From Raja brachyura (Eukaryota): a stretch of 64,000 bases of DNA. Under the pieces are notes generated by a model. That model worked only from the letters and a program-made list of their open reading frames with translations. It did no database searches and was not told the DNA's origin. Position 1 is the first letter of the stretch, and each line of letters begins with the position of its first letter. This document shows positions 50,518 to 62,259 of the stretch, one piece after another. The stretch lies in NCBI GenBank assembly GCA_963514005.1, contig OY740808.1, positions 14,570,001 to 14,634,000 of the forward strand, in the 5' to 3' direction. The translations under genes were made by a program, and so were the position numbers.

Positions 50518-51119
50518 CTGTGGTGACAAGAAAAGCACAAGAAATGGAATGGGTGTTTGAAGGAAGAGGATCTGGCCATTCTGCCCCTCAGCCCTGCTGT
50601 TAGACCATGTACCTCACCTTTAATTACTCACCTGATCCATCACGACACCCACTGACTTCGCTTATGAAAATCCTCTGGTGAATTCAGCTTGGAGCGTTGC
50701 CGGAGTCAATTTGAGGGAGATTCCCACCCTCCGTGGAATGAAAAAAGTATTTTCAGATCTCTTCTAAATGGGCCTGGCTCTTATTTGAAGACCCCCGCCC
50801 CGAGAAAGTTGTGCTTTCCTTCGTGCCCCAGGACAAAAGGTGCAGATGAAACTCCATGCTGTCCTCAAGGGAGTCAAAGGACACTTGACATAAAGTATGT
50901 TCTCACATGGAAATCCTTCAGTGAATTACTCTGCATTTATAATGGCGAACAGGGTAGGATGAAGCACCATCTTCACCCTGGGATACATCTCATTGAAGTT
51001 TAGACCCTTAATATAATGTCCCAAAAAAGTGTTAACTTTTACCCCCATTTCCTTTGAATAAATACAAATGAACAGAGGTGCAGATACCTACAGGAACACA
51101 TTCTTTGTTTGGCTTCATG

Positions 51120-51420
51120 TTCATAAGTTATAGCAGCAGAATTAGGCCATTTGGCCCATCAGGTCTATTCGATTCAATCACGGCTTTCCCTCTGAACCAT
51201 TCTCCTGCCTACTCCCCATAACTGCTGACACCCTTACTAAACAAGAATATATCAATCTCCACCTTAAAAATAACCATTGACTTGGCCATGGCCTTCTGTG
51301 GCAAAGAATTCCACAGATTCATCATCCTCTGACCAAATTTCTTCTCATCTCTTTTTATAGAGGCTGTGCGTTCTTTTATTCTGAGGCGATGGCCTCTGGT
51401 CCTAGACTCTCCCACCTGTG
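51120..51420 (-). mobile_element. CR1 LINE 3' end
   Basis: GESRTRGHRLRIK..NLWNSLPQKAM. Confidence 0.8.
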
Positions 51421-51437
51421 GGAATGCGTGACATTAC

Positions 51438-51546
51438 CTTCATCAACATCCGTTTTGCTGTCAGTATCTTCGTTCTTCCAGTCGTCAAAGCCCAAGTCTT
51501 CACGTTCTTCTGTGCTGTTGCGCAGTGTCCAACACAGTCGGTGGAG
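51438..51546 (-). CDS. SLC5A1: SGLT1 exon (109 bp) LHRLCWTLRNSTEEREDL..
   Basis: ccttccag|CTC acceptor, G|GTAATG donor, phases fit. Confidence 0.95.
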
Positions 51547-51914
51547 CTGGAAGGCAGCAAGAGGTGAGGCTGTGAGGAGTCTGTCACTGATACAACAGCC
51601 ACGGCCTCCAAATAATGGAGGAAATGTCAAATGACAGAACATACCTATCATCAGCTGAAACACACGTCAGGCTCAGACCACTGGACATCCAACACATTCC
51701 CAACACACATTCCCAACATCACAATAACCAACCTAAACGCTCTAATCACCAAAGACACATCGAATCTGCTGATCAGCCTTAGCTCACTGATGGTCTCAAA
51801 CACACTGATGTTCTGAAATCCCCAGTGCAATAATCTCCTGGAACTCAGCAACAATGCCAAACGAAGGCCCTGTGAAGAGGGAGAGGCGGCCGTACTGGAA
51901 GGGTTGAGACTCAC

Positions 51915-52130
51915 GTGCTTATCCTCGATTGGCTTGGTCAGCAAGGAAATGCCGAGCACCGACAGGCTGGTGGCAACAAAGAGGATGATGGCGAAGTAGA
52001 GGTAGTGGATGCCACAGATGATGAGCGGGCAGTTGCTGGGACTCACACAGCTGCCTGTGCCGAAGGCAAACTCAGGGATCATCCGAGATAAACCCATGGC
52101 CAGGCCCAAGATCAACCCCCAAAACGCTCC
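51915..52130 (-). CDS. SLC5A1: SGLT1 exon (216 bp) [23 protein letters not shown]
   Basis: ttcag|GGA, CAC|GTGAGT; SSS-family transmembrane segments. Confidence 0.97.
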
Positions 52131-52314
52131 CTGAAACAAAGAGACACAAGTGACTATACATGTGGAACCTGGAGCAACACCAGCATGCAGGTGGAACTCA
52201 GCGGGTCGAACGAATTGGAGGGCAACTTGGAGGTGGCGTGCTGATGGAGGGGTAACAAAAACTGGGGAAAGTACAAGGGACAGACAGATGCTCAGAAGAT
52301 TATAAAGAAGGGGC

Positions 52315-52630
52315 AGCATAGTGGCACGGGGTGGCAGGGTGGCGCTGCAGTAGAATTGCTGCCCTACAGCGCCAGAGACCCAGGTTCGAACCTGACTACG
52401 GGTGCTGTCTTAACGGAGTTTGCACTTTCTCCCTGCGACCGCGTGGGTTTTCTCTGGGTGCTTCGGTTTCCTCATTAAAAAATGCGCAGGCTTTTAAGTT
52501 AATTGGCTTCGGTAAAATTGTAAATGGTCCCTAGTGTGTAGGATAGTGTTAGTATACGGGGTGATCGCTGGTCGGCACGGGCTCAGTGGGCAGAAAGGCC
52601 TGCTTCCGCGCTGTCCCTCTAAAGTCTAAA
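52315..52630 (+). mobile_element. HE1-like V-SINE
   Basis: GGTTCGAACC B box, V-domain, CR1-type tail. Confidence 0.85.
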
Positions 52631-52712
52631 ATGTAAGAGGAACAATGCTATGGGGTGATTTCAAAACATTGCAACACCATTGAAAGTGGAGAGCACAGGA
52701 CACAGGAGAGAG

Positions 52713-53112
52713 CAAAGATCCTATGGCAAGCAAGATAGCCCGCTCAACGAAAAAGACGTAGTACGGTCATGGGCAAATTCATGGGTAATTTTTGGCCCCA
52801 TTTCCGTAACCGGCTTCCATCACCGCACCAAAGATCCCATAGCAGAGCAAAGATACTAGTGCGGAGACGGAAGCCGGTTACGGAAACATCCTCATAAAAA
52901 TAAAGGTTCTTTGCTAAAAATCTTCTCCTAATTTTCAGAATTATAATCTATTAAGACAAACTGTTCTCCCGCAACGTTGATTATACTGTGAGTCGGGTCG
53001 GGTTACTGAAATGGGTGAAAAAAAGGCCTACGTTCCGCTCCGTTGCGTACTACACATACGCCCATTGCACTTAGCAGGAGTCGTCTATCTTGCTCCGCTA
53101 TAGGATCTTTGG
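52713..53112. mobile_element. ~400-bp MITE with ~26-bp TIRs
   Basis: CAAAGATCCTATGGCAAGCAAGATAG ... CTATCTTGCTCCGCTATAGGATCTTTG(G); GGAGAGAG direct repeat at 52705-52712 and 53113-53120. Confidence 0.8.
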
Positions 53113-53316
53113 GGAGAGAGTGAGATGGAACGCCTGCTGTGAAAATCTAACACCAAGCTTCAGTTCACCAGGAAGTTCAGCTGGTGAAGGAATTTACATG
53201 GGGGAAAAGCTGAATTCTACCCAACTTCCTCAAAGTGTGGCGATGAACCTGTTAAATAAAAAATTGATAAAGGGTAAACAAAAAAAGGAGGTATCTGGAA
53301 ACGTTAAACCACTTAC

Positions 53317-53485
53317 TTTTTCATTGGTGCGCTTGACAAAGATGCCCAACAAGAAGACCGAGGCTATAGGGGGCCCCAGGTAGCTGGTGATGGACTGGAT
53401 ATAGTCAAAGAGCTTCCCGCTCTGCGCCGTCTGTACGATGGGGATCCAGGCTATGCTGATGGCAATCAGGACCAAGGTGAAGAGC
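53317..53485 (-). CDS. SLC5A1: SGLT1 exon (169 bp) [39 protein letters not shown]..
   Basis: ctcag|GC, AAA|GTAAGT; sugar-binding TM10 motif. Confidence 0.97.
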
Positions 53486-53959
53486 CTGAGAACACAACAG
53501 TTACAGACCAGGGAGAGAAAAGCCTTTCCACCCTCCTCCATTCCCACCTCTCAGCAACACAACAGGAGCCACCACCAAGGACAACGTGGTCGCAACTAAT
53601 ACAAACCAGTTGCTGATGGTCCCGTCAAACCCCACAGCTCCAAGCGATGCCCGCCAGCCCATGGCCCATGCACACCGTGTTCAGCGGGCATTGACCACCT
53701 CCAGCCACTGGTTCTCAGCCCCGGCACTGTGTGGCACCTCAAGCTGCCCAAGTATACAGGCTTGGCAGATGCCCTCTTCCAGTGCCATCACCAGGCAGCC
53801 CTTCACTGTGGGCAGAGTTGCCCCAGGGTACCCCTTGCGACAAGGTGCAATTCAATGTGTACGAATGAGCGAACAACTCCCACTCATTAACATGCGAGGA
53901 CATTGACTGCAGACAATCTTGCGAGGGCCAAACGCGACAGGTTGCAATGTTTAAAAGTA

Positions 53960-54170
53960 CAAACAACAGCAGGTGCTGGTTAATACACAAAAAAAGACTC
54001 AACCTGTGGGAGTAACTCAAGTGGTCAGGCAGCATCTCTGGAGAACGTGAATAGATGACACTTCAGGTTGATACTTCGGACTGGAGAAGGGTCCCGACCA
54101 GAAATGTCACCTATCCATGTTCTCCAGAGATGCTGCCTGACCTGCTGAGTTACTTCAGCACTGTGTCATC
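53960..54170. repeat. Fold-back Penelope-derived element with hammerhead-like core (54081-54108)
   Basis: GAGTAACTCA..GCAGCATCTCTGGAGAAC arm and its reverse complement downstream. Confidence 0.7.
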
Positions 54171-54800
54171 AGGTTACAATGTACACTTGGCTACAAGTCA
54201 ATCGTTACATCAGCTAAAGCAGGGATTAAGCTCCAATGCAAGGCTGACCACAGAGGTCACTTGCTACAGCATGACTACCATTTGGACCAGAGAACACCCA
54301 GTGCATAATGTGGCCTTGGGTGCTTGGTAATTGTTGCCCACTGACCCCAAGATGCTGCTGCATGGCTGACATCCCTTAGTCAGTGCAAATGGGCAAACGG
54401 TTCCGCATGGAGTAGGTGGGCTGAAGGGGGTCAATTACACTTCGGTTCGGGTCTAAAGTGAGGACCCAACAAACAGGCAGGACCTTTTCCTTTATATCAA
54501 GTTCAAAGGAAGGAAAAGTTGGCCTGCTAATTAATATTTAATTTCCTGGTTCCCCAGGTATAGTGCGCAGTAATCATACACCAGTGTACTCTGTCCGGGT
54601 GAATGTGTCTATCTATAGGGCCAAGGACAGGGGTCAGGGGAGGCAGTGAAACTGGAGGGGATTGGAAACATTGTTTTGCACCTTCCTCATGCAACCGTTT
54701 CTCTGAACATTTCCCTTTAATATTGCAAGTACATTTTCTTCCTCAGTTTGGGGGCCTGGTTGTTATGGCAAAGTTCTCAGCGGGTGGAGAGTCTCCTTAC

Positions 54801-54951
54801 CTCCCTGCTAACATCAGTTCTTTCTCCGTGGCCTTAGGCCTGATCTTGGTCCAGATGTCCATGGTGAAGAGCGTGCTGGCGCTGTTAAAGATGGACGTCA
54901 GCGAGCTCATCAGGGACGCCAGCATCACCGACAGCATCAAACCACGCAGGC
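54801..54951 (-). CDS. SLC5A1: SGLT1 exon (151 bp) [33 protein letters not shown]..
   Basis: tgccag|GC, AG|GTAAGG; Na-site helix with the SGLT1-type SSLTS. Confidence 0.97.
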
Positions 54952-55708
54952 CTGGCAAAGACAAGGCAGCTTAGGTGGAAGCACATCACCCAATCTACCT
55001 TAGAGCACGAGGACATACAGAGTCAATTGTACTGACAGTTGTTAACACTGTTCCACAATCATTGGGGTAGCCGCAGTGATCCGACATAGGTAGAACATGG
55101 CCTTCACATGCCGTGAATCATGTAGACTTGGATCTGCTCATTTCTATTGTAGTGTGGGATGACTGGAAATTTGGGCTGTATTGCACTTTGTTCGTAGATT
55201 ACACAAGATCATTTGATCATGTGGAGACACAATAAACTGTGGGTCAGGCGGCATCTGTGAGGGGAAATGAGCAGATGTCTTTCGGGTGGGGACCCATCTC
55301 CAGATTGAGGTCTCCAGGGCTTTGTTTTTGTGCACGTGACCCCTTCACTGCTACTACTGCCACAGAACTGGTGAAAAAAGAGGCAGCACTTTTCCCTGGC
55401 ATCAATACCAAGGTGCCCATTAGACCTTTAACCGGAGGGAGTGGCGGAACAGTGTTGGACCCGGTCTAGAAACTCAGCCCTGGCCTTTAAAGCTCACCAA
55501 CTCTGCGCCCGATTATTGTTTGGTGCTTAATTTGCACGGAAGATTTGTCACGTTGACATTAATTGGATTTTGCTGCTTCACAAGCCTGGCCCTCCAGCTT
55601 TGAAGTGGTCTAGGTCCTGGGCACTGATGACGTCTTGGCTTGGTGTGAGAGAGGGGCCGGGAGTCAGAACCATTGCCATCACTTAGTAACCACGTCTCAG
55701 CAAACATA

Positions 55709-57251
55709 CAGTGGCTTGCAAAAGTTTTCATACCCCCTAAACTTTTCCACATTTTGTCACGTTACAACCACAAACCACAAATAAAATAATGTATTTTATT
55801 GGGATTTTATGTGATAGACCAACACAAAGTGGTGCACAATTGTGAAGTGGAAGGAAAATGATACATGGTTTCCAAATTTTATTACAAATAAAAAACTGAA
55901 AAGTGTGGCGTGCAAAAGTATTCAGCCCCCCTGAATCAATACTTTGTAGAACCACCGTTCGCTGCAATTACAGCTGCAAGTCTTTTGGGGTATGTCTCTA
56001 CCAGCTTTGCACATCTAGAGACTGAAATATTTGCCCATTCTTCTTTGCAAAATAGCTCAAGCTCAGTCAGATTGGATGGAGAGCGTCTGTGAACAGCAAT
56101 TTTCAAGTCTTGCCAGAGATTCTCAATTGGATTTAGGTCTGGACTTTGACTGGGCCATTCTAACACATGAATATGCTTTGATCTAAACCATTCCATTGTA
56201 GCTCTGGCTGTATGTTTAGGGTCGTTGTCCTGCTGGAAGGTGAACCTCCACCCCAGTCTCAAGTTTTTTGCAGACTCTAACAGGTTTTCTTCCAAGATTG
56301 CCCTGTATTTGGCTCCATCCATCTTCCCATCAACTCTGACCAGCTTCCCTGTCCCTGCTGAAGAAAAGCATCCCCACAGCATGATGCTGCCACCACCATG
56401 TTTCACAGTGGGGATGGTGTGTTCAGGGTGATGTGCAGTGTTAGTTTTCCGCCACACATTACGTTTTGCATTTAGGCCACAAACTTCAATTTTGGTCTCA
56501 TCAGGCCAGAGCACCTTCCTCCACATGTTTGCTGTGTCCCCAACATGGCTTGTGGCAAACTGCAAACGGGACTTCTTATGGCTTTGTTTCAACAATGGCT
56601 TTCTTCTTGTCACTCTTCCATAACGCCCGATTTGTGGAGTGCACGACTAATAGTTGTCCTGTGGACAGATTCTCCCACCTGAGCTGTGGATCTCTGTAGC
56701 TCCTCCAGAGTTACCATGGGCCTCTTGGCTGCTTCTCTGATCAATGCTCTCCTTGCCCGGCCTGTCAGTTTAGGGGGACAGCCACGTCTTGGTAGGTTTG
56801 CAGTTGTGCCATACTCTTTCCATTTTCGGATGATGGATTGAACAGTGCTCCGTGAGATGTTTAAAGCTTGGGATATTTTTTTTATAACCAAACCCTGCTT
56901 TAAACTTCTTCACAACTTTATCCCTGACCTGTCTGGTGTGTTCCTTGGGCTTTGTGATGCTGTTTGTTCACTAACGTTCTCTAACAAACCTCTGAGGCCT
57001 TCACAGAACAGCTGTATTTATATTTAGGGGTAACAGAGTAAAGGGGGCTGAATACTTTTGCACGCCACACTTTTCAGTTTTTTTTGTAAAAAAATTTGAA
57101 AACCATGTATCATTTTCCTTCCACTTCACAATTATGCGCCACGTTGTGTTGGTCCATCACATAAAATCCCAATAAAATACATTTATGTTTGTGATTGTAA
57201 CGTGACAAAATGTGGAAAGGTTCAAGGGGTATGAAAACTTTTGCAACTCTG
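55709..57251 (-). mobile_element. Passport (PPTN)-family Tc1/mariner transposon, near full length
   Basis: TA TSDs (55707-8, 57252-3); ~210-bp TIRs (55709-55931, 57042-57251) each with outer and inner TGCAAAAGT(T/A)TTCA..CCCC direct repeats; DD34E transposase. Confidence 0.95.
55936..56955 (-). pseudogene. Tc1 transposase pseudogene
   Basis: Start codon apparently mutated, +1 frameshift in an A-run at ~56880, -1 at ~56622; catalytic half intact (WPDETK, FQQDNDPKH, SPDLNPIE, 34-residue spacer). Confidence 0.9.
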
Positions 57252-57252
57252 T

Positions 57253-57375
57253 ACATGTCGAACCTCGAGGAACCAGGTGAGCCCCAGGTCCGCAGGTGAA
57301 CCAGGTCCCCAGGTGAACCCCAGGTCCTCAGGTGAACCCCAGGTGAACCCACATGTCCAACCTGGAGTCCACCTG
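57253..57375. repeat. CCCAGGT(G/C)-based minisatellite
   Basis: CAGGTG at 57274, 57293, 57310, 57329, 57340 interleaved with CAGGTC; CACCTG at 57370. Confidence 0.8.
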
Positions 57376-57554
57376 GTGGGGATGCTTCAGAAAACATCAA
57401 GCAGCGGAGAAGGACAATGATCTCTCTGCAAGTGAGGACACTAAACAGGTGGATAGTCGTACGATGACTAAGTGCGACAACAAGGTGGATAATTTTTCTC
57501 CAACAAACATCTCCAGGTTATTCCTATTCTATATCATTGAAGGTGGGTACTCAC

Positions 57555-57662
57555 CGGCTGGCATCAGCCTCACCACCAGCGTGGGATAGGCAATGTTGCT
57601 GCATCCAACCTCCGTGTCACAGTACTGCTTGCAAAGGCTGGGGACCACACACCCTATGGTAT
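57555..57662 (-). CDS. SLC5A1: SGLT1 exon (108 bp) [35 protein letters not shown]
   Basis: gacag|AT, G|GTGAGT; conserved extracellular cysteines. Confidence 0.97.
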
Positions 57663-57741
57663 CTGTCAGGTACACATCAAAGACAGCCATCAGTTTCAAT
57701 CATCCACACAGCTTCAAGAAGGAATGATGATTTGTCTTTGG

Positions 57742-58030
57742 AACTTAGAGATACAGGGGAAAAACTGGCCCTTTGACCCACCAAGCCCGCGCCGACCAGC
57801 GATCACCCCGTATACTAGCACCATCCTACACACGACAATGTACAATTTACAGAAGCCAATTAACCTACAAATCTATATGTCTTTTTAGCATGGGAAGAAC
57901 CCAGAGCAGCCAGAGAAAGCCCACGCGGTCACAAGAAGAATATACAAACTCCGTACACACAGCACCCATCATCGTGATCGAACCCAGGTCTGTGGCACTG
58001 CAAGGCAGCAACTCTACCACTGCACCACGC
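57742..58030 (-). mobile_element. HE1-like V-SINE
   Basis: Reverse-complement head, V-domain and tail. Confidence 0.85.
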
Positions 58031-58284
58031 TGACTTTTCACACTGACAGGACATAAAAATATCATGGGTAAATACTTGGATTGAAGTGTGATCATCGTAT
58101 AGGGAAACCAATCAACTAAGCAGGGTCTCGACCCAAAACATCACCCACTTCTTCTATCCAGAGATGCTGCCTGTCCCGCTGAGTTACTCCAGCATTTTGT
58201 GTCTATCTTCAACTAAGCACAATATGGTCCACAATGAGTTTGGACAGTGACCAGATCATGTTGATTGAGGTGATGGTGTCCAAA

Positions 58285-58790
58285 GGTTCAAAGGTCTATT
58301 TATTGTCAGGTGTACCAATTAAGGTACAGTAAAACTCTAATTACCATACTAAAAAAGTTACAAGACACACAACTACATAAAAGCTAACATGAACATCCAC
58401 CACAGTGGATTCCCCACATTCCTCACTGTGATGAAAGTCTGATCTTCTTCCTCTTTATTGACCGGTGTTGGCCGGAATGGTGGGAGATCTTCCCTGGTGT
58501 GGCATACATCACATTGACCATGTAGGCTTAGGCAAGGGGGAAAATTCTCCACCCTTGCTGAGGGAGTGAAGGCAAGGAAGGGGGGGTTGGGTTATATGAT
58601 GGTCGGGGCTGCATCCACAATTCTCCGCAATTTCTTGCGGTCTTGGATGGAGCTGTTCCCAAACCATGCTGTGATGCATCCCGATAAAATACTTTCTACG
58701 GCGCATCTGTAGAGTTAGTGAGAGTTGTTGGTGACATGCCAAACTCCCTATGCCTTCAAAGGGAGTAGAGGCATTGGTGTGCTTTTACTA
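58285..58790 (-). mobile_element. Rex1-like RT fragment (58590-58790) abutting a 3' fragment of the 44980-45688 family
   Basis: FGMSPTTLTN.YRCAVESILSGCITAWFGNSSIQDRKKLRRIV. Confidence 0.75.
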
Positions 58791-58980
58791 ATGAACTAAA
58801 CGTTGGGAATATATTCAACCAGTGTTTAACAACCCCACAGCATCTGACTAATGACAAATGTGTCATTACTGAGGGAGGATTTGCCAACTGAAGGAGAAAG
58901 CAAGGATAGAGGAAGCAGCAGGAAGTTGGACAGGTTGCTCCTGTGAGCAGACATTAACTGTACACAGGAGATCCCCCGAC

Positions 58981-59116
58981 CTGTGTATAGGATCCGACTG
59001 ATCATTCCAGGGAAGACCATGAGGAACATGGGCAGGAGCTTGAGGTAGCCACAGAGGATACAGCCAGCCTTGACATGGCTCATGTTTTTTGCGGAGAGAC
59101 AGCGTTGAACGATTAC
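58981..59116 (-). CDS. SLC5A1: SGLT1 exon (136 bp) [45 protein letters not shown]
   Basis: tcgcag|GTA, G|GTCGGG; [10 protein letters not shown] is SGLT1-type (SGLT2 has LAGKSLTHIK as recalled). Confidence 0.97.
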
Positions 59117-59455
59117 CTGCGAGGGGACAGAAAAACACAAACTCTGAATGAATTCTTCAAAGCGATCATTGTAAAGATATCCTCAGCCACTGGCTCATTT
59201 GGTAGCTGCTGTGATGGGTGGTGTGATGTGCTTTTGGTTGATTTACATATGTAGTCGGATGGTCATGACTTCAAATCGCCTTCGATTGGCCTGAACTTCC
59301 ATTCTCTGCCTTCCGAAAGAGATTTCGGGAAAACTTTCATTCAGCAAATTTTCATCCAAGTCTGCCTAATTGCATTAGGTCTACTTTGGTGCAGGGAAAG
59401 GAGTCAAATGCTCTTTGCTATAGTGAAGAATATCTCCATAAACCAATGACATGTC

Positions 59456-59727
59456 AAGTTTAGTTTAGAGATACAGAGCGGAAACAGGCCCTTGGGCCCA
59501 TCAAGTCCGCGCCGACCAGTTATGCCCGCACACACGCACTATTCTCCACACTAGGAATAATTTACAATTTGTACCACAGTCAATTAACCTACACACCTGT
59601 ACGTTTCTGGAATGTGGGATGAAGCCAGAGATCCCAGAGAAAACCCACATGGTCACAGGGAGAACATACAAACTCCGTACAGACAGCACACATGGTCAGG
59701 ATCAAACCTGGGTCTCTGGCGCTGTAA
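59456..59727 (-). mobile_element. HE1-like V-SINE
   Basis: TTTAG tail, V-domain, B box on the minus strand. Confidence 0.85.
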
Positions 59728-60809
59728 CCTGCCATGCAGTCCTCGTGCCAAAAATGAAAACAGTGTCATTCTGTGGAATAGCTGGTGATTTATCTGCCAG
59801 TATCAGTCGATTGGGCTGCACTCCCGAGCTCTGAAGAGAAATATGTTTAGATGCAGAAGGATGGGAGCCTGATTGTTGGCCGATCAATGGTTGCCAACTC
59901 ACTGGGGGCTAAATCTGTTTGCGGTGCAACACTGCAAAACCGCTTCATGAAGTCTGAGGCTTTGAGAAAAAGATCACATATTTGTGCAGGTTGCCATGGA
60001 TACCGTAGGACGTAGGTCCTCAATAAAATGCTCGCCTACTCCAAAGCTGTTCGTCTTTAGTAAGGTTTCAATTCACTGTATTGCAAAAAAACTTCACAAC
60101 AAAACATGTACAGTAAGCTCTCGTTATAAAGGACCATAGGGGGAGAATGGTGTCTGTTATTGCCAATTGTCCACTATAATCGAGTATGGTATTCTCATTG
60201 TATAAGCTGCAGAAACAAACAACTGCAGTTGCTGGCGTGACCTCACCATTAATGACAAGGGTGGGGAGCTAATATGCCACTAAACTATTTAAATAAAACA
60301 ATAGAGGACTTCAGATCCCAGTCGGACACAAAGTCACATGGCAGGATCGCCATTGGACAGCTGGGACAGGAGGTATCCAAGGTTGGATTGGGAAGATGTG
60401 ACCCACCACAAGAGGCAGCAGTGAGCAGGTGTCGTGAGCTCAGGTTATATACAAACAAACAATGTGAAGGAGGAAGCGTTTAAGAAGGAACTGCAGATGA
60501 TGGAAAATCAAAGGTAGACAAATGTGCTGGAGAAACTCAGTGGGTGAGGCAGCATCTATGGAGCGAAGGAAATAGGCAACGTTTCGGGCCGAAACCTTGA
60601 AACCTACCACACCATATCATTAGATCACAGGTGATCTGATTGTAACCTCAACTTCCTACTGTCTATTCATGATCATAAGTGATAGGAGCAGAATTAGGCC
60701 ATTCGCCCCATCAAGTCTATTCTGCCATTCAAATCATGGCTGATCTATCTTTCCCTCTTAACCACATTCTCCTGCTGCTCCCAAGGTGCTGTTAGCAAGT
60801 ATGTTCCAA

Positions 60810-61125
60810 GGGTGGCACAGTGGCGCAGCGGTAGAGCTGCTGCCTCACAGCGCCAGAGTCTCGGGTTCGATCCTGACTACGGGTGCTGTTTGCACGGAGT
60901 TTGTACGTTCTCCCCGTGACCTGTGCGGGTTTTCCCCGGGATCTCCGGTTTCCTCCCACACTCCAAAGACGTCCAGGTTTTTGTAGGTTAATTGGCTTCA
61001 GTAGAATTGTAAATTGTCCCTAGTATGTGTGGGGATAGTGTAAGTGTGTGGGGATCGCTAGTCGGCACAGACTCGGTGGGCCGAAGGGCCTGTTTCCACG
61101 CTGTATCTCTAAAACTAAACTAATT
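60810..61125 (+). mobile_element. HE1-like V-SINE, best-preserved copy
   Basis: A box TGGCGCAGCGGTAG, B box GGTTCGATCC, V-domain, GGGCCGAAGGGCCTGTTTCC, CTAAA tail. Confidence 0.9.
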
Positions 61126-61416
61126 TAGACCTGGTGGCATAATATATTTCCAAGCCGAGATTGTGTGAAACTTGGAAAGGGAACTTGCGAGCAGTGGCAT
61201 TTGTTCATAGATGAATCACAAAATAAATACCAGTTAAACTCCTTTGTTAAATTCGTTGTGTGGTTTAAAAAGATAAATGCCTCCTATTATGTTTTAGTCA
61301 AATATTTACCCGCAGATACCGGTTTAGTGTTAAGCTTCTATAATCAACAGACGAGGTCAGTACAAAGGAAGCAGCCTGGGCTTTCCTGCTGCCCAGCGGG
61401 CGGGTGTGCAACCTAC

Positions 61417-61637
61417 CTGGTCCGTGCACCAGTACCAGATTGCCAAGATGCTTAGTCCAAAGATCAGGCCAGGCCAGGGTAGATCCCCTGTGAGGGGATT
61501 CCGGAACAAGTGGAAGGAGTCGGACCGGGGGGTGTAACAGTTGGCGCTGATGTTCAGGACGGGGTCGAAGGTCTGGCTGGTGATGGCGTTCATGTACTTC
61601 TCCCTCATGGCCTCGTAGCCCCCAACTGCATCGAACG
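61417..61637 (-). CDS. SLC5A1: SGLT1 exon (221 bp) [56 protein letters not shown]; upstream exons lie beyond the window
   Basis: ttttgcag|CG, CAG|GTAGGT; WYWCTDQ motif. Confidence 0.97.
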
Positions 61638-62259
61638 CTGCAAAACAAAATGTCTGGACTTGGCCCTTACCTGTTGACTGAAGCGGCAATTGATAGATAC
61701 AGCATTAAATTCCTCGTACAAGCAACGACTCACATTTAACCCCTCCATAGCTTGAAAAACTGGTCCATCTACTCCCCTGTCCCTTCCTGGGGACACGCCC
61801 TAATCACTATTTTTTAAGGGCTCACAGTTGCAGAGCGTGAAATCAGGCCCTTCAGCCCATCAGGTACCAGACAGCCATTTCTACTAATCCTGCACTAGTC
61901 CCATTGTGTTCTGCCCACATGGGACAGAGGCTGAAGCCATGAGAATCTGATTAGATTTGAATATAGGCCAGAGGAGGGAGGTAGTGGCAATCCAGTCTCA
62001 GAAACAGTCTAGAGGCTCACTCAGTCCTTCTTGAATCACTTTCTACATCACGCCGACCCTGGACTCTAATCTCCACTGTTCCTTTCTCAAGAGCTTTCAG
62101 ACACTCCCTCTTTCTGGCTTTCTTTCTGATGGTGAGCTTCCTGTAATGTTGGCCTCCATTTCTCCCACACCTTGCCTTCATTCCCAATAGACATTCCAGA
62201 CCCAGGTCTTTCATACAGCCCACGCTTGAAACCTGTTCCTGATCACTCCGACATTTAGG

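Noticed and set aside
60810-60885. tRNA gene
   Set aside because: tRNA-like head runs directly into the V-SINE body; it is a SINE, as are the other copies
50306-61637. SLC5A2/PRR14 as the alternative paralogue pair
   Set aside because: [25 protein letters not shown] and [10 protein letters not shown] are SGLT1-type, and the neighbour has the PRR14L giant exon
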